A stretch of DNA of 64,000 bases, from the NCBI GenBank assembly GCA_001687465.1, contig LVLI01000084.1:124001-188000 (forward strand), given 5' to 3'. The translations under genes and the position numbers were made by a program. The notes beneath the pieces were generated by a model that saw only the letters and a list, made by a program, of their open reading frames with translations, made no database searches and had not been told where the DNA came from. This document shows, one piece after another, positions 13,015-25,746 of the stretch (position 1 is its first letter; each line of letters starts with the position of its first letter). The DNA is from Halocafeteria seosinensis (lineage: Eukaryota).

Positions 13015-14287
13015 TTATTCAAGGACTCCGTTTCTCGTCAATCTCACCACATACACATCAAGCTTACGGAGAATCCCGGTCTCGAACCTATTCGTGGTGT
13101 CGCTTGCATTTGGAGCGTATGTAGGCTGTTGTAACGAGCAATCCGGGAGGTAGGGAGGGATTGCAATGAAGGGGATGCTATCCACCCTCTCAACAAACTC
13201 GAACTCAGTGAACGATTCCACCAAAGCTTCGAACAGCATGCAAAAACCGTGTAGTTTGAGGGAGTGTACGCTGGTCGTGCTGGGTTGAAAGAGAATTAAA
13301 CTTTCTCTTCGTTGTCGCCGCGTCCTAGGAACATCAATTGCCCAATCAAACGTTTCCTGGTTCCGGAAATTGGGATAACAAAATAGGCGTCTGTGTAGCC
13401 GGTTCGCATGTCCAGCTCCAATTAGAAGCATCAAGTCTTCGAGACTATTGCAAATGACTTTCTCTTGGTTCTCCATTGCTCCCCAAACAGCAACTACAGG
13501 TAGGTCATCCTGTACCCCGCCGTTTCCACGATCCGTTTTGGTATTCCCTTCGGACTAGCCTATCAGCGTACCTCGCCTCGTTTTGTCTGTTTTCCAAAAC
13601 ATAGCCAATACGATTTTTTCGAACAGCTCCCAGACCACTTTGTTATGTGTGTTTTCCCCGTTAAGAATGTGGTCGCGAATAAAGACATTATTCCTTTGCA
13701 GAAGAAGGTGTGTAACGCGTTCGGCAATCACGGGGAATGCGAACGATGTCTCCCAACTGTCGCTTCGTCTTAGTTGCGTTCTTTTGGGCCACAAATGAAG
13801 CACTTTGTAATTCACATCATGGTCATGCTGGACACCACCACCAAAGAGTTCGACCTGCTGAAGATTGAACTTGCTCAGGATCACATCTTGCCCAACATCG
13901 GGTGGCTCAACAAGCGGGGAACACCTCTCAACTTTTTGAACCGTTCAACCACTTGTGCTACGGTAAAATTTCCGGAAGAAGTATGCACAACGCTTCGATT
14001 TCCTGAACGCTCGAAGGGGCCATAATGAATCTGAACATCGCCTTTTTATATTCCCTATAGTTCCTCAGTCGGCCATAAATGTACACATGAGTACCTTGCG
14101 AACGGGAACGCGACACCCCTGTAGGGTCGTATATTCTCTCATGCTCATGGGGATGAGCGAGGACAAATACATGTATGTGATGTTGTGAGTTACTGGGTGA
14201 ATGTTGATACTCAACTGAGATCTTCGACGGCGTGAAGATCTCCCAACTCCATTTCCAATTAGCCGGTAGGCCATAAATTATACACAC
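13015..14287 (-). pseudogene. Decayed Crinkler/RHS-type NTPase + restriction-endonuclease-fold gene
   Basis: Collinear motifs across frameshifts/stops: YREYKKAMFRFIMAPSSVQEI, VERFKKLRGVPR, NYKVLHLWP...SFAFPVIAE, ELFEKIV, CYPNFRNQETFD...LILFQPSTTSVH. These resemble CR-NTPase/CR-REase consensus as recalled; no search was run. Confidence 0.6.
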
Positions 14288-14947
14288 TACTACTACTCAA
14301 CTTGAGAGGAATGACCAAGCTTATGCTTTCGCATAGCTTATCCATCTGAGATATGTACAGTGCTTATGACTAGCGAAGTTAGCCTGTAAAATATAATTTT
14401 GGTGTCGCATGAATACTGAAACGGTGCTTGTAATAACGTTAGATAGTTACAACACAAGTACAGCTGGTGCATTCTAAAACGAGCACCGCTATGATCCATA
14501 CAGAAGCAACAGAGAGGTAGACAAAGATGGCCTCACCTGCAGAATCTGCGTTGACGATTTTTATGGAGCCAGGAATTCAAGATGCGGCTGGTTGTGTAGA
14601 ACGTCTCCTTATGATGAAGTCTCTCCTGGTTCCCAAGCAAATCGATCTCTTGTCTCCAAGCAGTGGAGTAAGGTAGAAGACGTAAAATAGTTGCAATCAT
14701 TCCCATGATGGAAATTTGGGTGGAGGGAGATATGCGAAGTTGAGCTGGTTGGGTTAAGGAAGCTTTGACGGCAGTCCAAGCGGAATCGTTGTTCATTTGC
14801 TCAAATATCCATAGGAGCAATACTAATATACATACTCCATATCTAGGAATCTCTTAATAACATACCATGCACAAGCAAGCACGGGTGCCATTTAAAGTTT
14901 GAGAAGGCGAGTGAGTAGCCGTGCCGCGCCAATCACCAGCCATTCAT

Positions 14948-17783
14948 TCACTGTAGACTACAAAGGCCGCGGCATCCTGGGAGCCTAATTTTGCTTTGCA
15001 AAAGCTCTGAGTAGCGGGGATCACTCGGCCACAGCACTTCCATTTCCCCAGAGATTAATCCAGCAGCTTGCCCTTGGTAAATAACTCGAGTTTTGAACGA
15101 AGCAATTGTATCCCCGTAAGCTATCTCTTCCAAGGGAAGAATAGCAATTCCCATGTCGTCATCTCTAGACGTCGAGTCGTAGTCACGGAGTAGGACGATC
15201 AAGTGAGTTCGTGAGAGCTCAAGCGGACTTGAGCATCTGAAGTACAGCAGCGGTAGTTCATCCTTGGCAATACTCCAAACAGGATTCAAGGTCCTCCGTT
15301 TCATGGATGATTTTGGCGCTACACTAATAGATTTCACTTGAGTTGTATCCGTGGCAATCTTGGCATAATCGGTAAGGCTAGTTTCACCGGCTACTATTTT
15401 CTTTTCTTCGTCGGCAACGATTTCAGAGTCGATAATTCGAGTGCTTGCTGCAGTCGGAAGCTTCTTCTTATCACGGGGTCTCAGTAACCCTGGGGGATCT
15501 CCAAAGAAACATACGTAGGGATCACTTAGTCCTGTTGGATCTTTGGCAATGAGCTTGTGGCCCCTCAGGTGGCGTATTCGAAGAACGGGAGGTTCACTAG
15601 CGTTCCGCAAATGCACTGGCGAAGTCAGGGACAAGCGAAACGACCCAGACACCGGTTTGTGATCAGACGTACATATCTTTTCATGAGCCTTAAACTTCTC
15701 CAAGCGTATGCGATGCTCCAGCTGAGGTAACGAAGACCACAAGATGCGGTCGCAGTACGAAGGGATGCGCTTGTTCGTATACTCAAATCCTGGCTTTCGG
15801 GAAACCTTGAATGTAGGTGGAAACTGACATCGTCCTTCATGAAATCCTCCAAACACATACTGCTGCTTCATGCAATACTTAAGCTGGTCAGCCTCCAATA
15901 ATGCGTCCCAACGCTTGTCATCTATTAGATGCTTAGTAAGTTCCCAATATTTCTTGTGCTTGTCCTTCTTCTCCAAGCCATCAACGCTTCCAAGGTTATA
16001 CTCCTCAAGTAACTGCCGGTTACGGTCGGTTGAAACCAAACCACGGTCCAACCGGTAGTTCAAGTCTCCCATGAAAAACGTATGCCCAAATTGCTGATCC
16101 AACGTCAGCGCTGTTTGACGTAGCCGAATACCTTCTAGAATTTCGTGGACATCGACATTTCGCTTCTCCATGTTTGGCATATGCGCATTAAGGTGAGCAC
16201 CAACAAAGCAGAAGGATGTTCCGTAAAGACAAAAACTGACGGCAACACCACCTTTATTAGCTACCACACGAAGAATACCGGTCGCTTCGGAACCCTTTTC
16301 AATACAGTCGATAGCGGGAAAATGCTTCCGCCGGACGAAGACAATTAGCCCGATTTCCATGATGAGTCCTTTTGCTTGACCCAGCATTCCACAGTCAACA
16401 ACTACCCAGTCTTCTAGATCTCCGGTGTTTTCCGAGGGTTCCTGATCAGCAGAAAGATATTCGCAAAGCATACGGAACAGTTGCGTTTTCTTGGCATCGC
16501 CAATCCTCTGCGAATGCGAAGAATGGATTTGGTTGGCTTCATGTTCTTCATCGTTTCCATTTGATTCAGCAGAGTCACCATTGGGGGCTTCATCGTCCGA
16601 ACCAGGATCATCCTCCTCTTCATCAGCGGGACTCTCATTTGCGGCTGCGACAATAGCAATAGTACAGAGAGTGCGACACTTGCACAGACTGTCTGTTGAG
16701 AAAACAAACCTTCATCGTGTTTCTTTTCAGAGAATGTGGATTCTTGAACTGATACCTGCACAAGTCATTTCATATTACCCAGACATGTAGCGGCGCGCAT
16801 GGTCGACGGACAAATGCAGCGTGAACTCACAGCAATCAGATCGTAGTCACCACCTTTCGGGGGTATCCAGGGATCAAAGTTTTCAGCTGGTTTTGCATTA
16901 CCTGCCCACGGGACACAGAGACGTGTATATTGACCACCTGTAGAAGTAGCAAACCACCCAAAGCCCATAGGAAATACTTACCGACATTCCATGACGCCAG
17001 TAGAAATTGAAGTCTCCCAACTACTTGTGGCGTCTGTGAATTACCCGTATATGTAATGATTTGGATTGAGCATTGTACATATAATTTGCGACTCACACTT
17101 CGTGATGCATTTCGCTCCTTCTCAGCCCAAGCCCGTGTCGCATCGTCCACGTCTGCTGATGCCCTTGGGTGAACCCCCAGCGATGCCGGTGGAGGCGGCA
17201 ATTCATCACTACTTCCTAAATCTTCATTCTTCGCAGAAGTAGCCGAATCTCTTGAGCGAGGTTCAGAAGCGGCTTCTTCTTGTTTTTTCTTTGCTGCCGA
17301 AGTACTTTTCTTTGCGGTGGGAAGGGCTGACGGCTGTTTCTCCACGTGGGTATCCGAAGGTTCAGCCTGGGCAGCTGGAGTAGAAGATCCTTGGCGCCTG
17401 TGGCGGGATCCTGTCGAAACAGAACGTTTCGGAGAGGAGCTCGCACCGCGCGAAGAAGAACTTCGTCGGTAGGTGGAGCTATCCACTGAGGGTCGAGCGG
17501 CGGCGGTATCCGAAGACCGCTTGCGGGGTGCTCTTATTCCGGCAGCTGAGCTCCTTGTGCCATTTGATGTGGAAGTAGGGCGAACTGGCGGTCGTACGTC
17601 GGGTCGCTTCTGGACTTCATCCGGAGGTGGAGGTCTCCTTGGTTTACCACTTGTCGCCGAGTCGTCCAGGGCGCTGGCTCCGCCGGTGCTCGTGGTACTA
17701 TGGCGCGTCCCTGCCGTTCGCTGATGGCGCGTCGTACTAGCGCCTCCATGAATGGGGTTCGATTGGGAAGGAATGTCCTCCAT
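14948..17783 (-). CDS. Inositol polyphosphate 5-phosphatase with C-terminal C2 domain and CaaX box
   Basis: ASWNVG, NKGGVAVSF, AHLNAH, FMGDLNYRL, PSYCDRILW, SDHKPV. C2 motif LRGHKLIAKDPTGLSDPYV...DYDSTSRDDDMG. Ends CSLQ*. Multi-exon. Confidence 0.93.
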
Positions 17784-18543
17784 CGCGAATCTTCATACAC
17801 CCCACCCGTAACGACGTCCCAGGTGGGTTGACAACAACACAACGAGGGCGTCTGTACCGTGGATCGAATTCCCCGGGATGGTGAGGGAAGCTTCAACAAG
17901 CAAAAGGCGAAACCACGGCCCAATGCTTTTTACCTGGGCGCCGGCAGACTATCTCAGGTTGTGTGCACTTTTATCGGTAGCCAAGGTGAAGTATTACGAC
18001 ACGTACGCATATAATTGCTCTGCTCCTGGCAGCGAGGGAAAAATGTGCATTCTCGTTGCGACCGAGCTGGCTCGTTGCGACCGGCACAAACATTCAGAAG
18101 GGAGATGTATGTGGCCGCACAAAAAAAAAAGATAAAAAAAGAAAGAGTTGTGCCGCTTTGAGGTGTCGCTGTTTGCTGTGAAATTCGTATGCACAACTTT
18201 CTCGAACGCACTAGTTAATATCGAACCGTAAAGGATGTATATAGCAAACCTCACACTTCTCCTACTTGTAGGGTTCTTAAGTTAATCTATAGCGTGGTTC
18301 CACCACAGCATTCAGTTTGCTGGTTGATACAGACTTATCATCACCACACACTATAAATATATACTATGTTGCGGCATTTTATACCGCCTACAAACCCGTT
18401 TGCTTTCCTGATCCAGGGGACAAAGCATTCTACTACAACCGACTCAGTTTGTTTTTTTCTGATTCTCCTCTTCATTTGCTTCCAGCGTCAATTTGACAGA
18501 TGGAACTTCCACACTGTCTGTTTCCACATACAACAGGATGGAT

Positions 18544-19299
18544 TCAGAATATACTCTTTCCAGCCAATCTCGACATGATAGCTTCGGCCACTGAGCCCAT
18601 AGCAAGCTCTTCATCGTTGACGTCATAGATTTTCCTAATCTTAGCTTTCCGTTGCTCCGACGTTTCGATGTCCAGGGATTTTCGAATGTCGTCCTTGGCC
18701 ACAATGTCCCCCGAGACGAAGTCTCGTACTCGTTGAATGCTACTTGCTTCAAACGTAGCAAATACGATCCTCTTTGTTTCTTCGGAAATTCCAAACTTGC
18801 GAAGAGCAGGGGCGATATGTTTATCCTGAGACATATTGAAAAGTATCTCCGAGTACACAGTATGCGATTTTGTCTCCTTCTTATGATCCGCAATGAGAGC
18901 CTTGTACGCCGCTAGATGCAGCGGATCGATGCCTGCACACTGCAATCCATACTCACACACCCTACCCATAGAAAAAACCCTTAGACAAGCATCAATCCCT
19001 ATTCTCCACGTACATTATCTGCGTCTAAATAGGCTCCATCGGGTGGTCCTGCCGCACCATCGCTGTGTTTGGAAGCTTGAATGATTTGGTCCAGGAGGTC
19101 CCCACTGTTGCCTACGTTCTCCCACAGCGCGACATAGAGCACTCTGCAAGGACGAACACCAAAAGACGGAATAGACACGTATGCACCCGTGCTTGGTATC
19201 ATCAGATTATCTTATCATATCTCATCAACATAATACGGGTCTATTAGCTTACTGCTCGGGGAAGGCTTCAAAGCTCAATTCCAAGGCCTCTAACGGCAT
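18544..19299 (-). CDS. CGI121: KEOPS complex subunit Cgi121/TPRKB
   Basis: HLAAYKAL...KSHTVYSEILFNMSQDKHIAPALRKFGI matches the Cgi121 signature. Three exons starting MPLEALELSFEAFPE. Confidence 0.88.
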
Positions 19300-19920
19300 T
19301 TCTCGACCACCTCAGCACGTACGCCACCGTATAGGCATGTAATACAACAACTATACCATATCAATATAAACAAGGGCAATCAACATGGAAAATGTCATTA
19401 CAGTAGAATGAGACGTATAATGAGCCAACTTCAACTTGGGCTCCATACACCTTCATGCATTATCTATTCTCCTACCATACCGACAAAACCTATGTGAATA
19501 TATAGAATGTACATCTACAGACCATGGGGTATGCTGTTGGCCAAACACGCCGAGTGGTGGAGAGCTCAGACTGAGACTGCTCCCAATTCAAATTGCTTCA
19601 CATGCCGAGTATACGCGATAGACTGCATATACTATAGTATTTAGGAACCGCATTGTAGTTTTGATTCATCATTCTACTACAGTACAACCAGAAGTAGTTC
19701 CGTGTGCGGTGGACTGTGTCTAAATGGAATAAAATGGGCCATCAAACTCCAGTCAACGCCTCCTCCTCTTCAGCTTCGTCGTCCAGCAGCGGCAAGGGGA
19801 GGCGTAATAGTGTACGTGCCGTATGGTCAGGTGTAAAAAGCTCAAGATAATGATGGTGGTGTCGTTGGCCTTTGCGTTTGATGCGTTTCGCAGACACGGA
19901 AAGCGCGCCCCTATAAACCC

Positions 19921-22366
19921 TTGGATGAATTCTTCCATGTACACGGCGTCCAGCCACAAAACCCCACAACAACATCTTCATCGTCGTCGTTATTTCTGGA
20001 GGACGAAATCACTATTGAAAACGAGGAAGAGACGTCTATTATGAACCGCCGCGCGAAGAAAACCAGGGAGGGTCCGAAATTCAAATGGAATTGTCCGGCT
20101 TGTACATACTTAAACAGCCCGCAGTGTATGAAATGTCAAATGTGTTTCACCCAGTGGGTACCACCGAGTATATGGCAACCTGAATCGGAAACCACTGGCG
20201 AGGCAACGCAACCACAGCCTGAGCAGCTGAATGAGAACGCTAAAACCAGGACGGTACAGACCGAGGGCTCGGACGATACCAAGGCTGTCGTAGACACTCG
20301 ACGATCAACTTCTTCGGCAGAAACGACACGTGGATCAAGAAGAACCGAAGCTCACAGTAACCGATCAGTAGAAGTTGCTCCGGCACCAGACGGAGAACGT
20401 CGGCAAAAGCGCGGGGTATCATGTGGGTCGTCCTCCGGAACTATGGAGTCGAGTGAAGATGTGCCGGCCACCGCATTTCTCGTTAGTGCAACGAAGGGTG
20501 ACACAGGCACAGAGAGTACAAGTGTTAATCAATCACATACACATGCTCCCGTGATATCAGCCGTTGAGGGCGATCTTGTTGAATCAACTCCCACAAAATC
20601 CACCACCGTGACCGAAATGCGTTCCAGAACGTCGGAACAGAGCTCGGCAGGTGAGAGTCAAAGATCAATCACTCCTACACAACCATACACGGTTACTCCG
20701 TATAAGAGCGGAGGAGTAGGGCATCATACGAATCCGTCGACTGTCCTAGGTTCGAGAACTAGTTCAGCAGAAGTATCGCAAAGGTCGATAACCCCGACAC
20801 AAGCGTACGCACCCACTCCCCACTCTGATATCAAATCGAATTACCATTCGATGGGAAAGACCCAAAGCTCGATTACACCCACCCAACCCTATCGCGACAC
20901 CCCCAGTGGAAGTGGCACCCGCAAAAATATGTCGAATGCGCCTTCAAATTACAAGGAAGCCGCTGCTCAGAGTACTGTAAGTGTGACGCAGGTTCCACGT
21001 GAGGCGCTCAAGAATACATAGTGTTCATATGTGTAAATTTGTTGCAGTGCTTGGAAAAGACTAGCAGTCACGCACATCAGTGCCTTTCTACACATTCCTC
21101 TAGTAGCCGGCAAGGTCGTGACCTGTCTGACCTCATCGAGGCGCAAAAGTCCTTAGGCTTTGATTTGCTCGGCGATTCGTCTAGTGATGAAGAAAGTGAC
21201 AATGGTGTTTCTCCCGAACATAAGCAAGTTCCCGCAGCACAAGAGACAACGGTTTGTCCATCTCACAGTACTGGAACAACTACGATGGCAGGGAATATAG
21301 TATGCTTTACTGATGGTTCGATCTTACCTACCCTCGGTCCTGCACCTGCACAGGAAGTGATGCACGAGAAAAGTATTCTCCAATCGCATCATACTTCTAA
21401 CCATGCTAACTCCTCTCCGAATGTGACGTCTACTGGCAGTGCTTCAATGGCAGAATCGAAAGAACGACCACGCCCTGAAAAGAACCCCGTCCCATGCGGT
21501 TCTCCAAGTGCTGCTGATACTATTGAAGACCAACCAGAGACAAATCTCTATCCTAAAATGAATCACGATGAATCAGAGTGCTACGGCGATATGATTGACC
21601 GAAAGGCGCAAGAACTCCTGCCTCATTTTTCCTCAATAGCATGCCTCGAGGAGTTACAGGAGAATGGGTTTATAACCATGGCCATCGATTACGGATCTCA
21701 ATTTAACTCCCAAAAGCAATCAAGACAGTTTAGTCCACAGGAGATTCGTGAAGCAATGCGTAAACTGACCGAAGGCGAAGATACGTGCTCGATGTCCGAA
21801 CAGCTTCGAAACGTTGCAGAGCAACAGTTACAAATCGTAGGTTATCTCAGCGCGTAGCTACACAAAGTACGAAGGTAATGATGATTGTTTCCCTGTTCTG
21901 CCTTTCTTACAGATGAAGCAGCAAAGACAGGGAAGCCGAAGTAAATCCAGTGCGCGGAGAGAAACAAAACAGAATTCCAGAGGAAAGCGAGGCCGAAGTA
22001 GGGGCGCTGATCAACAGCGTGGCCAAGGACGAGCCAAACGAGGAGGAGGCGGTAAAAATTCCCGGAAGGCATCCATAGCCGCAAGTACGTGTAAAAGTCT
22101 AGAAGGTCCGCCTTCCTCGATTCAAAATGTAGTGTATTGTCTATGCAGTGCCCGTTCCCAAGAATTCGTCATCCGGTATCCCTAGTTCTACGAATCCGCA
22201 CTCGTTCGCCGGTCAGCAAGCGGATATAGGGGTGCATACAACCGACCACTGCTATGCCGATGACGCCACAGGAATCCAATTATGCGGGTACAAAGATCCC
22301 CTGCTAGCAGATGTCCCATCTTCCATGTGGGAAATGACGGGAAAGACGGTATATACTTTTGATTAA
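19921..22366 (+). CDS. RanBP2/NZF-type zinc-finger protein with long Ser/Thr-rich disordered region (multi-exon; first in-frame ATG at 20041)
   Basis: WNCPACTYLNSPQCMKCQMC fits W-x-C-x2-C-x3-N-x6-C-x2-C. Successive plus-strand ORFs are separated by GT-AG intron-like gaps. Start and end are uncertain. Confidence 0.6.
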
Positions 22367-23093
22367 GCTAATCCGCTCAGCATATCAGAATACGGATGAG
22401 GTCAATGTTAACGTCGCTAGAGCACTGGCGTAGCAACAACCGACAAATAATGTGTCATGCTTCCGTAACATGTTTGTTTCTTTATTAATTCAGGATGGGG
22501 TGCTATAGCACGCTGATCCCTGAGAATCGTCGGTGCACCTCACATGCCGTCACAGATTTGGCTTTGCGTCGTTCCTCGTTCCATTTTTTCCGCTGCTGGG
22601 TGTTGAAATTGTAGCTCAAGTGTACCCGTTCTCCCATTTTGCTGGAAACCGTTCGGTGCGTCGAATATAGTTAAGGTCAAAAAATCCTCTCTTATCTTCC
22701 AAAATTCCAGGTCTTCGGTGGAAATCCAAATGTTATTAATATGAAAGTATTTGCTCCGTAGAGATGTATCCGCTCGAAAGCAACGTCTTCAATTCTACGA
22801 TTAATAGCATCTAGCACATCGCTGTCATTCGTGTCAGATACAGCCGCAAGATATGGCATTAGGAACGCCTCCAATGGTCGTCAGGATACAACCGTTACCT
22901 ACCACAGATTTCATTGTTGCTAAATGGTACACGAAGAAGTAAATTGCTGTGTATTATTACCCGAGTCAGCAGCCGTAAAGGGGAACATAGCTCGTGACAC
23001 CACCATCAGGGGCGTTGAGAGCTCACGTCCCCTTCAGTCAACAGCCACGACCGGCTAGTAGACGAATCTGCGATCTGCCAGTCTGTACTTATT

Positions 23094-23737
23094 TTACTCC
23101 TCTCCATTTTCGCGCATACGACGGCGAGCAACGCGGCCAGGGCGGCCAGTGGCGCTGTAGGGACTGTGCAGAGCGTAGTCAATGTGTCCTTCGCTGTCTA
23201 CACGAACCATGAAAGATGGCACATCCACTAACTGCTTTCCGACACGAATATGCCTCTGTTTAATCAAAACTCTGGCGTGATGAACGGATTTGGCAATGTT
23301 CATTCTGAAAACGCGGGTCTGCAAGCGCCTCTCCAACAAACGCTGGGTAGTTAGACGCAAGACATCATCCAGAGTTTTTTCTTCTTCGGACAAAAGTCCG
23401 TAGCGCACCATTCGACGCAAAAGGGCATCTCCTTCGAAAATACGCTTGGTATCTTTGGTATCAAGAGTAAGCAATTTACGAGCAGCTTTACGGATTTTGG
23501 CAAGAGCAAGCTGGACACGCCAGATTTCACGTTTGCAGCGAAGACCGTATTCACCCAACAACTTCATTTCCTGGTCCAAACGTTCCTTCTCATAAGGACG
23601 CCTGGGAGTCGTGTAGGTCTTCCCATCTGTATTCGTTTATCGTCAAAGCATACAAGAGGCGGTCAGTTCAAACTAAACGCATCCCCCGACGACTGAGCAA
23701 GACACTTACAATTACGACGGGCCGATACCTTGGGCAT
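23094..23737 (-). CDS. RPS9: 40S ribosomal protein S9 (uS4)
   Basis: [47 protein letters not shown]...[19 protein letters not shown]. Intron 23627-23709. Confidence 0.98.
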
Positions 23738-24552
23738 CTTATTCTTCCTCTAGCAGTCAAGCTCGAATGCGACGGAAAGAGAAAAAAGGTCCCTGCATGA
23801 ACATTACAATCCACGTAGACAATGATCTACCTCCTCATCCTTCAGGACACGACGAGCCAATGAAAGATGAGGCAGACGCCAGAACTAACTACGTGTTCCC
23901 TCGTTGATACAGAGATGCGAGAAAATGCACACACCAGCACCATCATCACCTTATATATAGCCACATCCTTGAGTGCATACACCGCAGAGACAACTTGGCC
24001 CTCTGGAGCAGCCCGGAAAAGCCTCGTGTTTGAGGTTTTCCAACAGCTCTTCCGGTGCCTCTTCCATACAGCACACTCAAAGCTTATGTGCTCTTTTGTA
24101 AAAGTGACGAGTGACGTCAATATACCGTCTGTATGGACGTCATGGAGCCATTGGACTCTCTGGGTTGAGACACCCACACCCACCCTTCTCAGTGTCAGGG
24201 GAGGCCAAAGGGGCACAGGCCACCCCCATGCTTTTTGTAATTTCCCAGCCACACCCAGTGCTTCGGGGGAAGTGTGGGTGGAGAGCTTTATATACGACAG
24301 TAAAACAGAAAGGAATGATATACGTACCTGATGAGTACCTTCCAAATCCTATAAGGTCCCTCGTTCATCCACTCCTAGGCAGACAACAACGATACACAGC
24401 AATGAGAGGAAAGTGATCTTGCAGGGGCCGGGCTCCAGGGCACGGCCTCCACCGTCCCATGGTGGGGACATGGCACGGGTTCAGATTGTGTCGATTATGA
24501 TGGATTGCCGATGTTATGAGCTCAGGTATATAGTGGGCCGCAGCTAGTTACG

Positions 24553-25010
24553 ATGAGTGTAGTAGTACGAGCTATTTCCCGGTGGAAACGCCGGATCCTT
24601 ACACAAAGACTGGCCCAAATGGGTATGTGTTGTTTTCCAGCCTATGAGGGCCCCTTGAAAACCCTTTTTGTTATTATCGTCCATTGCATTCACCCCACCC
24701 TTTCTTCCCACAATTGATCTATATCTAGAGTATTTTTTTTATTGCAGGTTTATGTTATCATGACGTCTTGAAGGAGTCTCCGTCGATCGAGTTGGGGGTA
24801 TCACGGCTTCCGGCCGATATGCAGGAAGCCCGGGAACGGCGAATTCGACGTGCCTTTGACCTCAGTCTTAAAAAGATGTATATACCAGACGCGCAGCAGC
24901 AAGATCCCTGGAGAGAGTTCGAGTTTGTGGATAAAGTGTTCAGGGAAACACAGAAGGAATACGATGAACGGAAACATCTCAACGATGAGCACTGGTACGG
25001 AGCACACTGA
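24553..25010 (+). CDS. QCR7: Cytochrome b-c1 complex subunit 7 (14 kDa)
   Basis: MSVVVRAISRWKRRILTQRLAQMG|LCYHDVLKE...SRLPADMQEARERRIRRAFDLSLKK. Intron 24623-24747. Confidence 0.9.
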
Positions 25011-25746
25011 CGCGCGGCAGGATTCCATCGTCATGTGGTCATTGTCGTTGCTTCTACTCGCAGGTCATCCGTCTATGGGAAAGATAACTGGTATCCCTAT
25101 GATACAGAGGGCGCCTGGTTCTGGCAGCCAGACGCAATGAAGAAACGTATCTGAAGGAGGGTATTTTGCTTGGCACTACGAGAGCGTACAGATTTTGCTG
25201 TTCAGAATGTGGGACTAGGTCGTATGCTTGTAGTCCTCAATGAAGCCAAGGCATAGCACTTCTGGAATGAAATACAACGGATGTCCACTATCGATTATCT
25301 TTCACGTAGTTATACTGCTGTGGGGCGCGCTTTGAATTACGCGTACTTTAAGCCTTACAGTTGCCGTTTCGGGTTGGAATAAGGCTGCGCTTGTGTGCAT
25401 TCAATTCGCGAATAAGATGGAGCTTGTAGCTCGTTCGTTTTTATTCAAGCTATACTGCTTTCGAGGTTAGGATAAAGGGTTTGCAAGACTGTCTCAACGA
25501 AGACGCTAGGGGCTGCAAGCTGCTGACTATCTATCACATGCGTGTGTGTGTTGCGGAGTCTGATGACTACAAGGTCTATAGCAAACTCCGTTCTGTTGGT
25601 ACGGAACAGACACAACATGATCCGCTTCGACCAGCATTCAGCGATCGCTTATTCATACTATTCTGCCTGGGTATAGTAACATTGGAGCTCCGCTGTCCAT
25701 CGTGTTGTTAAAGAAACTGCTGTATACTTAAAATTTATCTAATTTC

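Noticed and set aside
22500..22900. Broken protein-like minus-strand frames downstream of RPS9
   Set aside because: Could be a decayed gene, but no recognisable homology.
23842..24345. Overlapping 167-aa and 154-aa ORFs on opposite strands
   Set aside because: No recognisable motifs; treated only as part of the unexplained spacer.
24328..24370. CTGATGAG hammerhead-like core
   Set aside because: No GAAA after stem II and no stems I/III.
24579..24594. CCGGTG-GAAA-CGCCGG tetraloop hairpin suggestive of SRP or other ncRNA
   Set aside because: Lies within QCR7 coding exon 1; no other SRP motifs.
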